Shown: in pieces, positions 11,238-20,742 of the stretch | How positions within the stretch are numbered: the first letter of the stretch is position 1 | How the letters are laid out: each line of letters starts with the position of its first letter | Origin: an uncultured delta proteobacterium | Lineage (GTDB): Bacteria; Desulfobacterota; Desulfobacteria; Desulfobacterales; JAFDCJ01 | Direction: 5' to 3' | Assembly: GCA_963769935.1 (NCBI GenBank) | Contig: CAVYNY010000022.1 | Span: 1-64,000, forward strand | DNA length: 64,000 nucleotides | Notes under the pieces: generated by a model | The model's input: only the letters and a program-made list of their open reading frames with translations | What the model was told of the DNA's origin: nothing | Databases searched by the model: none | Position numbers and translations under genes: made by a program

Positions 11238-12260
11238 ATGCCTAATACGACAGATCGGGTCCGGATCGGTCAAACGGACCTAAAAGTAACGCGTCTTGGC
11301 TTTGGTTCCGCACCCATCGGCAATTTGCTGAGGGAGGTGTCCGAAGCGGATGCCCAGGGAGCATTAAAAGCCGCGTTTGACGCCGGCGTGCGCTATTTCG
11401 ACACGGCACCTTTTTATGGCTACGGCCTGGCCGAAAACCGGGTCGGCCGGATGCTGGCGAACAAAAATCGCGATGAATTCGTGGTCTCGACGAAGGTCGG
11501 ACGTCTGATCCGCCCGGGACGGCGGACCGGTACCGAGGTCTTCGACGGAGACAAGTCGTTCTATCTGGCCAATCCGGAAATGTGCTGCGTTCTGGATTAC
11601 GGCTACGACGGCGTCATGCGGTCGCACGAAGACAGTTTGGAGCGACTCGGTTTAGACCGGATCGACATTCTCCATATCCACGATCCCGACGACCATTTCG
11701 ATTGGGCCGTCAACGGGGCCTACAAAGCGCTCGATCGGCTGCGCAGTGAAGGCACCATCAAAGCGGTCAGCGCCGGCATGAATCAGTGGGAGATGCTGTC
11801 CCGCTTCATGGACCACGGCGATTTCGATTGTTTCCTGCTGGCCGGGCGCTATTCACTGCTGGATCAGACGGCTTTGCCCGAATTCCTGCCCAAATGCCTG
11901 GAGCGGGGCGTTTCGGTCATTGCGGGCGGCGTATTCAACAGCGGCTTGCTGGCCACCCCCAAACCGGGGAAAACTTTCAACTACGTCGCAGCACCGCAGG
12001 AACTGATCGACCAGGCCCTTCGGATCGGCAGGGTTTGTGAACGCCACGGGGTGCCGCTCAAGGCCGCGGCGCTGCAATTCCCGCTTGCCCATCCGGCCGT
12101 TGCCTGTGTGTTGACGGGTGTGCGCTCAGCCGCACAGTTTCAGGAAAACGAACGCCTCTTCCGACAGTCGATTCCCAACGATTTGTGGCGTGAGCTGAAG
12201 GCCGAGGGTCTGCTGGCGGAAGAGGTGCCGGTGCCCAACAGTGAGGAGACTATCAGATGA
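11238..12260 (+). CDS. Aldo/keto reductase, D-threo-aldose/L-fucose dehydrogenase-like
   Basis: LGFGSAPIGN, YFDTAPFYG, STKVGR, IHDPD, LLAGRYSLLDQ. Confidence 0.85.
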   Translation: MPNTTDRVRIGQTDLKVTRLGFGSAPIGNLLREVSEADAQGALKAAFDAGVRYFDTAPFYGYGLAENRVGRMLANKNRDEFVVSTKVGRLIRPGRRTGTEVFDGDKSFYLANPEMCCVLDYGYDGVMRSHEDSLERLGLDRIDILHIHDPDDHFDWAVNGAYKALDRLRSEGTIKAVSAGMNQWEMLSRFMDHGDFDCFLLAGRYSLLDQTALPEFLPKCLERGVSVIAGGVFNSGLLATPKPGKTFNYVAAPQELIDQALRIGRVCERHGVPLKAAALQFPLAHPAVACVLTGVRSAAQFQENERLFRQSIPNDLWRELKAEGLLAEEVPVPNSEETIR

Positions 12261-13108
12261 CAAAGACACCTGTTGTAGATGCGCATCATCATTTCTGGGA
12301 TCCGACCCGCAGGGATTATTACTGGATGGGCGGCGATGAGCTGGCATCCATCCGCAAACCCATCGGCCCGGAGGACTTGCGTCCGCTGCTCGCACAAAAC
12401 CATGTTGACCGTACGGTCATCGTCCAGACGATTCCGAGCGTCGAAGAAACGCAGGAATTTCTGTCTATTGCCGCCAACACCGATTTCGTCGCCGGCGTCG
12501 TCGGCTGGGTGGATCTGACCGATCCTGCTGTCGGCGACATTCTGGCCGAACTCAAAGCCGGCGACAACGGTAAATGGCTGGTCGGCATTCGCCATCAGGT
12601 GCACGACGAAGAAGATCCCGCTTGGGTGGCCCGTAAGGACGTCATTCGCGGCATCAAGGCGGTCGGTGCAGCCGGTTTGGCCTACGACCTGTTGCCGAAG
12701 CAACGGGAACTGCCGGCCTGTCTGCCCGCGGTCGATGCCAACCCGGAGATGCGTTTCGTCGTCGACCATATCGCCAAACCGCTGATCGCCGCCGGCGAGA
12801 TGGAACCCTGGGCAGCGCGCCTCGGGGACCTGGCCAAACGGCCGAACGTCTATTGTAAACTTTCGGGTATGGTCACCGAGGCCGATTGGACAAACTGGAA
12901 ACCCGAACACCTCAAACCGTATGTCGAACATGTCCTCGCGTGCTTCGGCGAAGATCGCGTGATGTTCGGCTCCGACTGGCCGGTCTGCCTTCTGGCAGCC
13001 GATTACGGAAAAGTCAAAGGGACTTTGGAAAGTATTCTCGGTGATCCCCGGGGTGAAACCTACACCAGGATTTTCGGTGCCAACGCCACGGCCTTTTATG
13101 GTCTCTAA
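12257..13108 (+). CDS. Amidohydrolase-family sugar lactonase (L-fuconolactonase-like)
   Basis: DAHHHFWD, VVDHIAKP, CKLSGMVTEA, FGSDWPVC. Confidence 0.88.
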   Translation: MTKTPVVDAHHHFWDPTRRDYYWMGGDELASIRKPIGPEDLRPLLAQNHVDRTVIVQTIPSVEETQEFLSIAANTDFVAGVVGWVDLTDPAVGDILAELKAGDNGKWLVGIRHQVHDEEDPAWVARKDVIRGIKAVGAAGLAYDLLPKQRELPACLPAVDANPEMRFVVDHIAKPLIAAGEMEPWAARLGDLAKRPNVYCKLSGMVTEADWTNWKPEHLKPYVEHVLACFGEDRVMFGSDWPVCLLAADYGKVKGTLESILGDPRGETYTRIFGANATAFYGL

Positions 13109-13169
13109 TGAGCATTTTTGTGCATTAAACGGCAAAAAAACGGATAGGGAGATTTTCAATAGCGGTGGG

Positions 13170-13275
13170 CGATTGAATATTGAATATTTAAGGAATTTTT
13201 TCCATTTTAAATGGACAGAGAGAAGCGACATCCGCAAATATTCAATTTGCAATCTTCAATTTTCAATTCCGGCTC
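13170..13275. repeat. Intergenic repeat, inverted copy of the 7274 family
   Basis: GACATCCGCAAATATTCAATTTGCAATCTTCAATTTTCAATTCCGGCTC is close to the reverse complement of 7274-7327. Confidence 0.65.
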
Positions 13276-13357
13276 ACTGGGGCAGCATGCGGGTAAATGT
13301 CATCGTTTGAGACCCAAACAACGGACCCCGGCCGGATAAATTATTAAGGAGCAAACC

Positions 13358-14489
13358 ATGCCGACGGTATTCGGCCGAACGTTCTCGCGCCGTGAACTGG
13401 CACGCCGAGTCGGGGATTTTTCACAGCTTTTCGGCGTTGAACTTCTTGCCTACAGCGACGGCCGGGAGCGGGCGGTCCGGGTTTTGCGCTTTCCGCACCG
13501 GATCGGGTCTTAGCTTTGATATCATGGTCGATCGGGCCATGGATCTGGGCGGGATGATTTTCCGCGGTGTACCCATCGGCTGGCGTTCGCCGACCGGTTT
13601 CAGGAGCCCCTGGTTGCACGAAGTGGATGCCGAAGACGGCCTCGGCTGGCTGCGGTCGTTTTCGGGTATGGTGAACAGCTGCGGGCTTGACCACATTATG
13701 GGCGCAACCGAGGACACCGCGGAGCATTACTGTTATCCGGACCGGACGAGGATTTTTCACCCGCTTCACGGGCGCATCAGCTATCAGCCGGCGCGCCTTG
13801 CGGGCTACGGTGAACGCTGGGACGGCGACCGCTGCTATCTCTACGCCGACGGCGAGATCCGCCAGGCGGCGATGTACGGCGAGAACCTGGTTCTCGAAAG
13901 GCGGATCGAGGTCGAAGTCGGCAGCGACTCAGTTGTCTTTCAGGACCGGGTCCGCAACTTGGGTTTTTACCCGACGCCCCACGCCCTGTTATACCATATC
14001 AATCTGGGCTGGCCGTTGGTCGACAAAGGCACGCGTCTCGCTGCACCGATTCAAGCGACCCCTTTTACCGTTCACGATCCGCAGGCCACGGGCATCGGCC
14101 CGCTCGAACAGACCGACCCGCAATCACGATTTTTCCAGCAGGTCTACGAGCACCGGGTGGCGTGCGAAGACGACGGGACCGCCCGGGCGGCCCTGATTAA
14201 TGAGGGATTTCAGATAGCCGCCGGCGAGACCGGATTGGCGCTGGAAATCGCCTACGACGGCCGCGCGATGCCGGCCCTTTTCCAATGGCAGAATCTACAG
14301 GAGGGCAACTATGTTGTCGCCATCGAACCGGCGACGGTTCATGGCGGTTCGCGCTCGGATTGGAAGGCGCGCGGCGAGCTTCACATTCTCGAACATGACG
14401 ACCAGCGGACGTATCGGCTCGCAATCACCCCTCATGCCGGCATGGCCGCGATCACCGCACTTCAAGACCGTTTGCGGCTGCGGCCGTAG
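13358..14489 (+). CDS. DUF4432 / aldose 1-epimerase-like protein with a +1 frameshift at ~13490
   Basis: RBS AAGGAG + ATG 13358 reads MPTVFGRTFSRRELARRVGDFSQLFGV...ERAVRVLRF; continues FRTGSGLSFDIMVDRAMD in the next frame. Confidence 0.8.
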
Positions 14490-14737
14490 TGTGCCTGTCT
14501 GGGTAAATTCAGGGATCAAAGTTAAAAAAAACCGGCTCTTCTCCGTTGTGTGTAATTTCTGCAGGCCATCCGGCGACTCATCTATCAATCTATTTGTAAG
14601 CATCTTTTTGCTTTTGGCGAACTTCTTAGATTTAGATGGGGGATTAAATAGCGATATTTTCAAGACGCGGGTGGATTCCTGCCTGGGCTGTCCGTGAATC
14701 TTGGCGGTGAAAAACTATAATTGAAAGGGAGGCATCG

Positions 14738-15070
14738 ATGCAGTTTTTCGGCATGGCACTTAATTTAAAAAATGACCCGCAGGCCATCGAAAAATATAAA
14801 TCCTACCATCAAAATGTCTGGCCTGAAGTGGAAGCCGCCTTGAAGCGTATCGGAATTACTTCGATGAAAATATTTTTGATCAGCCGCAAACTTTTCATGT
14901 ATGTGGAAACCGTCGATGATTTCGAACCGGAGCGGGATTTTGCCAAATACCTGGAAGAACATATAAGGTGCAAACAGTGGGACGAACTGATGCAGACCTT
15001 TCAGGAAAAAATTCCGGAAGCCGGTGACGACGAGTGGTGGGCTCTGATGGAGCCGGTGTATGAGTTGTAG
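14738..15070 (+). CDS. L-rhamnose/L-fucose mutarotase family
   Basis: YKSYHQNVWPEV, QWDELM, WWALMEPVYEL. Confidence 0.88.
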   Translation: MQFFGMALNLKNDPQAIEKYKSYHQNVWPEVEAALKRIGITSMKIFLISRKLFMYVETVDDFEPERDFAKYLEEHIRCKQWDELMQTFQEKIPEAGDDEWWALMEPVYEL

Positions 15071-15207
15071 CAAGATTCAAATTTGATTTTGCCACAAGGC
15101 GGTGTGGCTTTAAGTATTGAAAATTATCGCCATCGTGGTATAAGGCACCAGATTTGTGAAAACATTTCCTTTGGGTGTTTGGGATAAAGGTAGAAAGGAG
15201 AAACCAA

Positions 15208-16530
15208 ATGGTAGAAACAACGTTAAATAAATCAGCGGGTGCCGCCCTGGAAGCGGCCAGACAAACCGGTATCGACATCGTTCAGGAAGGCAACGTTATA
15301 TTCTGGCAGGGTGAATACGGCGGCCAGACCAAACCGCGGGGTCCGCTGGCCGGCAAGAAAGTCGGTTGCATCGTGGGCAGTGAATTCAGTGATTTTCAGG
15401 CCTATTACCTGGCCTCCTATATCGGGGAATTCGGCGGAGACCTCGAGTTTTTGTGTGTCGACTGGGTCACCTATAAGTTTACGCGGCCGAACATAAAAAC
15501 CAAGGGGGTCGTGGGAATGTGGGGCCTGAGCCTTGATCCGATTCCCGTGATGGGACCTTCCAAGCATACCTGCAAAAACCTGAAGGCGGCCGATGTCAAA
15601 GATTACGATGCGGTTGTCATCCTGGGCGGCCACTCCGGAGATGTCATCGTGACGGAGGCTGAAGTTAAAGATTTCCTAACCGCCGCCGAGCGGAAGGGGG
15701 CCGTCATCGGGGGCATCGGCGCCGGCATCATGCCGATGATCAGAAGCGGCATCATGGCGGGAAAAGCTTGCACCGGCAACCGACTGGTCGATTATATGCT
15801 GAAGAAGATCGCCAAATTTGAGGATGCACCGGTTGTTGTCGACGGCAATCTTATCACCGCCAGAGACACGGTGGACACGCCGGCCTTTGTGCGGGCACTG
15901 TGTCGAGCATTTGACCCGACTTTCGAGGATCCGCGCCAGGGTATCCTGGCCGGCAAGAAAATGTTGGTGATTGCCGGCGAAGACTTCGAGGACATCGAGC
16001 TTTGCGTGCCGGTCATGGAGTATCTCTACCGCGGCGCCAAGGTTATTCTGGCAACATTTACACCGGTTGTGCGTTCGCGCCCGCCGCTGGTCGGCCTGGA
16101 TGTTGTGCAGGGTAACTTCGGTATGTCGATTCCGTTGCAGGAGATCCCCGAGAGCTGTTACACCATCAAGAAGCTGGCCGATGTGAGGATGGATGATTTT
16201 GACGCCCTGCAGATTCCGGGCGCCTTTTGTCCCTACAATATGGTTGAGACCGGAACGCCGCTGGAATTCCTGAAAAAGGCGGCTGCGGCCGGAAAGGTTT
16301 TGACCTATATCTGCCACGGATCAATCCCCGTTTCAGCGGCCGGCCTGATAGCGGGCAAGAAAGTGACCGGATGGCAGGCCTCGCGCGATTCGGTGAATAT
16401 TATGGGAGGTGAGTACAGCGATCAATGGGCGGCCGTCGTCGACGACCGGCACGTATCCGGTCGAACACCGCCTGAAATACCCGAATATGTTGATGCGGTT
16501 ACGGTTGCCTTGTTAAAATTTTATAAATAA
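15208..16530 (+). CDS. Tandem DJ-1/PfpI-domain protein
   Basis: Two domains; VVVDGNLITAR; second domain has EDFEDIEL and ICHG. Confidence 0.85.
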   Translation: MVETTLNKSAGAALEAARQTGIDIVQEGNVIFWQGEYGGQTKPRGPLAGKKVGCIVGSEFSDFQAYYLASYIGEFGGDLEFLCVDWVTYKFTRPNIKTKGVVGMWGLSLDPIPVMGPSKHTCKNLKAADVKDYDAVVILGGHSGDVIVTEAEVKDFLTAAERKGAVIGGIGAGIMPMIRSGIMAGKACTGNRLVDYMLKKIAKFEDAPVVVDGNLITARDTVDTPAFVRALCRAFDPTFEDPRQGILAGKKMLVIAGEDFEDIELCVPVMEYLYRGAKVILATFTPVVRSRPPLVGLDVVQGNFGMSIPLQEIPESCYTIKKLADVRMDDFDALQIPGAFCPYNMVETGTPLEFLKKAAAAGKVLTYICHGSIPVSAAGLIAGKKVTGWQASRDSVNIMGGEYSDQWAAVVDDRHVSGRTPPEIPEYVDAVTVALLKFYK

Positions 16531-16547
16531 CCTCCATACAATGGTGA

Positions 16548-17402
16548 ATGAACGTGCAAAAACTAAATCATGAAGAAGAAATAAGGCTCAAGAGGACTGC
16601 TGTTCAAATTCGCAAAAACGTCTTGCGGATGATCAAAGCCGGCCGTGCGGGGCATGTCGGCGGGGCGCTTTCCTGCACCGACATCATGACGGTCCTTTAC
16701 TTTAAAATCATGCAGGTCGATTCCCAAAATCCCAAGTGGCGCGAGCGCGACCGGTTTGTCCTTTCAGCCGGCCACAAATGCCTTGCTCTTTATGCGACCC
16801 TGGCTGAAAAAGGGTTTTTTGATAAATCGCTGCTTGACACTTACGGCGCCATGGGCACCCGGCTGGGAGGACACCCGGATATGCACAAACTGCCCGGTGT
16901 CGAAACCAATACCGGCGCTTTGGGACACGGCCTTTCAATTGCCGGCGGCATGGCCCTGGGGCTGAGAATGGACAACCTTGCCGCCAAAGTATATGTGGTG
17001 ATGGGGGACGGGGAGCTGGCCGAAGGATCCAACTGGGAGGCGGCCGCTGCCATCAGCCACCACAAACTGGATAATCTGCTCGCTTTTGTCGACCGCAATG
17101 GACTGCAGATCTGCGGTCGGACGGTAGATGTCATGAGCTATGAGCCGCTTGACAAAAGATGGGAAGCATTCGGCTGGAGCGTGCGGGTCATCGACGGCAA
17201 TGACCTGCAGCAGATCCATAAAAACGCAACGGATATCCCCTTTGAAAAGGGCAAGCCCTCGATGATCATCGCCGATACGGTTAAAGCCAAGGGACTGCCC
17301 TTTGCCGAAGACAAGGTAAACTTCCACTACTGGAAGGCCACAGATGAGGAACTGACCATAGCAGAGCAGGCCCTGCAGCAGATCGAGGAGGGGATAGAAT
17401 AA
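16548..17402 (+). CDS. Transketolase N-terminal subunit
   Basis: GHVGGALS, RDRFVLSAGH, GDGELAEGSNWEA (TPP motif). Confidence 0.93.
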   Translation: MNVQKLNHEEEIRLKRTAVQIRKNVLRMIKAGRAGHVGGALSCTDIMTVLYFKIMQVDSQNPKWRERDRFVLSAGHKCLALYATLAEKGFFDKSLLDTYGAMGTRLGGHPDMHKLPGVETNTGALGHGLSIAGGMALGLRMDNLAAKVYVVMGDGELAEGSNWEAAAAISHHKLDNLLAFVDRNGLQICGRTVDVMSYEPLDKRWEAFGWSVRVIDGNDLQQIHKNATDIPFEKGKPSMIIADTVKAKGLPFAEDKVNFHYWKATDEELTIAEQALQQIEEGIE

Positions 17403-18349
17403 TGGATGAATTAAGAGATCCGAGAAAAACTTTCGGCGAAGCACTGGTTGAGGCAGCCCAAAGCAATCCCAACATTGTGGCCCTTTCGGCCGACAGCTCG
17501 AGCGGCTCCGGCATGACGCCCTTCAAAGAGAAATTTCCCGAGCGCCATTTTGAGTTCGGCATCATGGAACAGGGGATCATGGGATTTGCGTCCGGGCTGG
17601 CCACCACGGGTAAGATCCCGTTTTTTGCCGCCATCGCCCCCTTTGTGACGGCCCGGCCGTTTGAAATGTTTCGCAATGACGTCGGCTACATGCGGCAAAA
17701 CGTCAAGGTGGTGGGCCGCAGTGCCGGATTGACTTATTCCGACCTGGGGGCCACCCATCAGTCGCTGGACGATATCGCCATCATCCGGACCATACCCGGT
17801 GTGACGGTCATCAATCCCGGGGATCCGGTCGATATTGTCAAGGCCGTCCATGCGGCGGCCGCCCATCTAGGACCGGTCTATATCAAGGTCGGCAGCCCCA
17901 AGATGCCGGTTCTGATGGACGAAAACTATCCGTTCCAGATCGGCAAGGGAGTTGTTATGGAAGACGGCGACGACGTCACGATCATCGCCGCCGGAACCTT
18001 GTTATCCAAAGCCGTAGTCGCAGCCAAAGTCCTTCAAGATAAAGGCATTCACCCGCGCCTGATCAACATGCATACCATTAAACCGCTTGACAAAGAACTG
18101 GTTTTGAAGGCCGCCCGGGAGACCGGGAAGATTGTTACGGTCGAGGAAGGCTATCTGACGGGGGGATTGGGCGGCAGTATTGCCGAGCTGCTGGCAGCCG
18201 AACTTCCGACCCCTATGAAGATGATCGGCGTGAATGATCGCTATGCGGACACGGGACCTTACGAAGCGCTGCTGTCCCAGCTCGGACTGCAGGGCGAACA
18301 GATTGCGGAAACGGTCATAAATTTTCTGGGACAGACAATTCAAAATTAA
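17402..18349 (+). CDS. Transketolase C-terminal subunit
   Basis: FEFGIMEQ, GATHQSLDD, HTIKPLD, TVEE. Confidence 0.93.
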   Translation: MDELRDPRKTFGEALVEAAQSNPNIVALSADSSSGSGMTPFKEKFPERHFEFGIMEQGIMGFASGLATTGKIPFFAAIAPFVTARPFEMFRNDVGYMRQNVKVVGRSAGLTYSDLGATHQSLDDIAIIRTIPGVTVINPGDPVDIVKAVHAAAAHLGPVYIKVGSPKMPVLMDENYPFQIGKGVVMEDGDDVTIIAAGTLLSKAVVAAKVLQDKGIHPRLINMHTIKPLDKELVLKAARETGKIVTVEEGYLTGGLGGSIAELLAAELPTPMKMIGVNDRYADTGPYEALLSQLGLQGEQIAETVINFLGQTIQN

Positions 18350-18366
18350 GTCCATCCGGGGGCGTT

Positions 18367-19371
18367 ATGAAGATTTTGCTGCCGCAACCGATTGAACCCG
18401 AGGCGATTTCCCTGTTTGAGCGGGCGAACTGCACCGTTGTGGTGGCTGCCGACCCGAAGCCGGAGACGGTTATATCGCTTATCAAAGATGCCCAAGGTTT
18501 GATATTGAGGACCGGCATCACCATTACGCGGGAGCTGCTGGCAGCAGCAGATAAGCTGCTGGTCATCGCGCGCACCGGCGGCGGTCTTGACAATGTGGAT
18601 GTAACGGCGGCCACCGAAAAAGGAATTATCGTCACATCGAATTTAGGCGTTAACACCGTGAGCGTCGTCGAGCATGTACTCTCCATGATGCTGGCATTGT
18701 CAAAAAAACTGGCTGTAATGGATCAGGCGGTGCGCAGCGGCAATTTCGGCATCCGCTATCAGAACCTGCCCAGGGATATCAGCGGCAAGACGATCGGATT
18801 GCTGGGATTCGGCCGGATCGGCAGTGAAATTGGAAAAATCTGCCGGCGGATTTTCGGCATGCGGGTCATTGCCTACGACCCATACCTGCCGGAGGAAAAA
18901 AAGATCGCATATCGAAGCTGGGTAGACTTCACCGGGCTCAAGGAGTTGGTCTCGGAATCAGATGTCATTTCCATTCATGTTCCATTAACGGAGCAAACCC
19001 GCCACCTGGTGGATGAAACTGAGATATCTCAGATGAAACCGGACGTCATCTTGATTAATGCTTCCCGCGGCGGCATTGTCAATGAAGCCGCCCTGGTGAA
19101 AGCATTGCAGAATAATAAGATTGCCGGCGCCGGACTGGATGTCTTCAGTGAAGAGCCGGTGCCGGCCGACAATCCTCTTTTAAAGCTGGAAAATGTCATA
19201 CTGACACCCCATTCCGCCGCACTCACCCGGGAATGTGTTACGCGGATGGCGACCGAAGCGGCCAGGTGTGTGCTCGATGTTTTTGCCGGGCGTGAACCGC
19301 AGAATGTAGCCAATCCCCAGGTACTTGAATCCGGCAGGTGGAAGCAACCGGGCTTGTTGAGACGGGAATGA
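18367..19371 (+). CDS. D-isomer-specific 2-hydroxyacid dehydrogenase (SerA-like, no ACT domain)
   Basis: GLLGFGRIG, INASRGG, GLDVFSEEP, LTPHSA. Confidence 0.9.
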   Translation: MKILLPQPIEPEAISLFERANCTVVVAADPKPETVISLIKDAQGLILRTGITITRELLAAADKLLVIARTGGGLDNVDVTAATEKGIIVTSNLGVNTVSVVEHVLSMMLALSKKLAVMDQAVRSGNFGIRYQNLPRDISGKTIGLLGFGRIGSEIGKICRRIFGMRVIAYDPYLPEEKKIAYRSWVDFTGLKELVSESDVISIHVPLTEQTRHLVDETEISQMKPDVILINASRGGIVNEAALVKALQNNKIAGAGLDVFSEEPVPADNPLLKLENVILTPHSAALTRECVTRMATEAARCVLDVFAGREPQNVANPQVLESGRWKQPGLLRRE

Positions 19372-19541
19372 GGCGTTAATCCCAAATCGAACGGGAACAC
19401 ATAGATAGTCATTGCAAGGGATTTATGGCTGAAAAGCCGGGAAGCGGGGAGGCCTTATGGATCAGATCTGTTTTTTTAGCCTGGTAGCCCGCCAGACTTC
19501 CAGCTTTACAGCCTCAAAACCAATTTTATGGAGAATTTGAA

Positions 19542-20429
19542 ATGGCAAAAAAATTAGCAGGTATCGCGGCACCGATCACCACCCCCTTTGTCAATGAAGA
19601 GGTTGCGTACGATCGGCTGAGAGACAACGTCAAAAAGTACAGTCAGACCCGGCTGGACGGATTTTTTGCGCTTGGCAGCAACGGCGAGAGCAAATGCCTG
19701 ACCGAAAGCGAAAAATTAAAAGTGCTGGAGGTGGTGCTGCAGGAAAAGGCCGAGCACCAGATTGTGATGGCTGGTACCGGGTATGAGTCCACCAAAGAGA
19801 CGATCGACTTCAGCCGGAAAGCCGCGGCGATGGGAGTCGATTTTGTTTCCATTGTAACCCCGTCTTACTTCAAGAAACGGCTCACCGACGATGCGATGAT
19901 CGGCTATTACACTGATGTGGCGGACGCGCTTGCCATTCCGGTCGTGGCTTACAATGCACCGGGGTTCACCGGCATGACGCTGTCGGCCGGGGTTATTGAA
20001 AAAATATCCCGCCACCCGAATATGGCGGGCATGAAAGACACCTCCAAGGGCAACATGAGCACCTACCTCAGCGTCGCCGGCGATGACTTTCAAATTCTCT
20101 CCGGGACCATCAGCACTCTGTTTGAATCCATGCTGCTCGGAGCCAAAGGCGGCGTTGTTTCCCTGGCCGATGCATTTCCGGCGCCTTGCTGTGAACTGCA
20201 CGAGGCCTGTAAAAATTTGGATCTGGACAAAGCCCGACGACTGCACTACCTGCTGATAAATTTGAATAAATCGGTTTCCGGCAGTTTCGGGGTTGCCGGG
20301 GTTAAATATGCAATGGAGATTGCCGGATATCACGGCGGCGCTCCGCGCCTGCCGCTGCTGCCGATAACCGAAGAAGGCCGGAAGTCCATCCGCAAGGCCG
20401 TTGAAGCGGCCGGCGTGATGAAAAAATAA
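19542..20429 (+). CDS. DHDPS-family aldolase (HOG/2-keto-3-deoxy sugar acid aldolase-like)
   Basis: GSNGE rather than GTTGE; YNAP; Schiff-base Lys in GMKDTS. Confidence 0.85.
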   Translation: MAKKLAGIAAPITTPFVNEEVAYDRLRDNVKKYSQTRLDGFFALGSNGESKCLTESEKLKVLEVVLQEKAEHQIVMAGTGYESTKETIDFSRKAAAMGVDFVSIVTPSYFKKRLTDDAMIGYYTDVADALAIPVVAYNAPGFTGMTLSAGVIEKISRHPNMAGMKDTSKGNMSTYLSVAGDDFQILSGTISTLFESMLLGAKGGVVSLADAFPAPCCELHEACKNLDLDKARRLHYLLINLNKSVSGSFGVAGVKYAMEIAGYHGGAPRLPLLPITEEGRKSIRKAVEAAGVMKK

Positions 20430-20430
20430 T

Positions 20431-20617
20431 GGCGCACGGCGCATGGCGAAAGGCGCACGATGCACGCTGAAAGGCGCACGGCGCAAGGTGAAAGAAAGGT
20501 CAAAGGCTAAAGGCTAAAGGTTAAAGGCACACGGCACACGGCATACGGCACAAGGTGAAAGGCGAAAATAAGGTAAAAGGTAAAAGATAAAAGATCAAAG
20601 GTCAAAGGTCAAAGGCC
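20431..20617. repeat. Degenerate 7-bp tandem repeat tract
   Basis: GGCGCAC/GGCACAC/AAAGGCT/AAAGGTC units in 7-bp register. Confidence 0.8.
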
Positions 20618-20742
20618 TGGAGGCAGCGAACAGTTAAAAATTCCTTATGGTCGCGGCAGGGCGGGCTGACACCTGCTTGTTAGATTGGAATACTTAATTT
20701 TAGGCATCTTAGGCACTTTAGACATTTTAGGCATTTTTCTCA

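Noticed and set aside
13480..13500. Programmed ribosomal frameshift
   Set aside because: No slippery heptamer or stimulatory structure; an indel is more likely.
20431..20617. Possible CRISPR array
   Set aside because: 7-bp degenerate units, no 25-45 bp repeats with unique spacers, and no cas genes.
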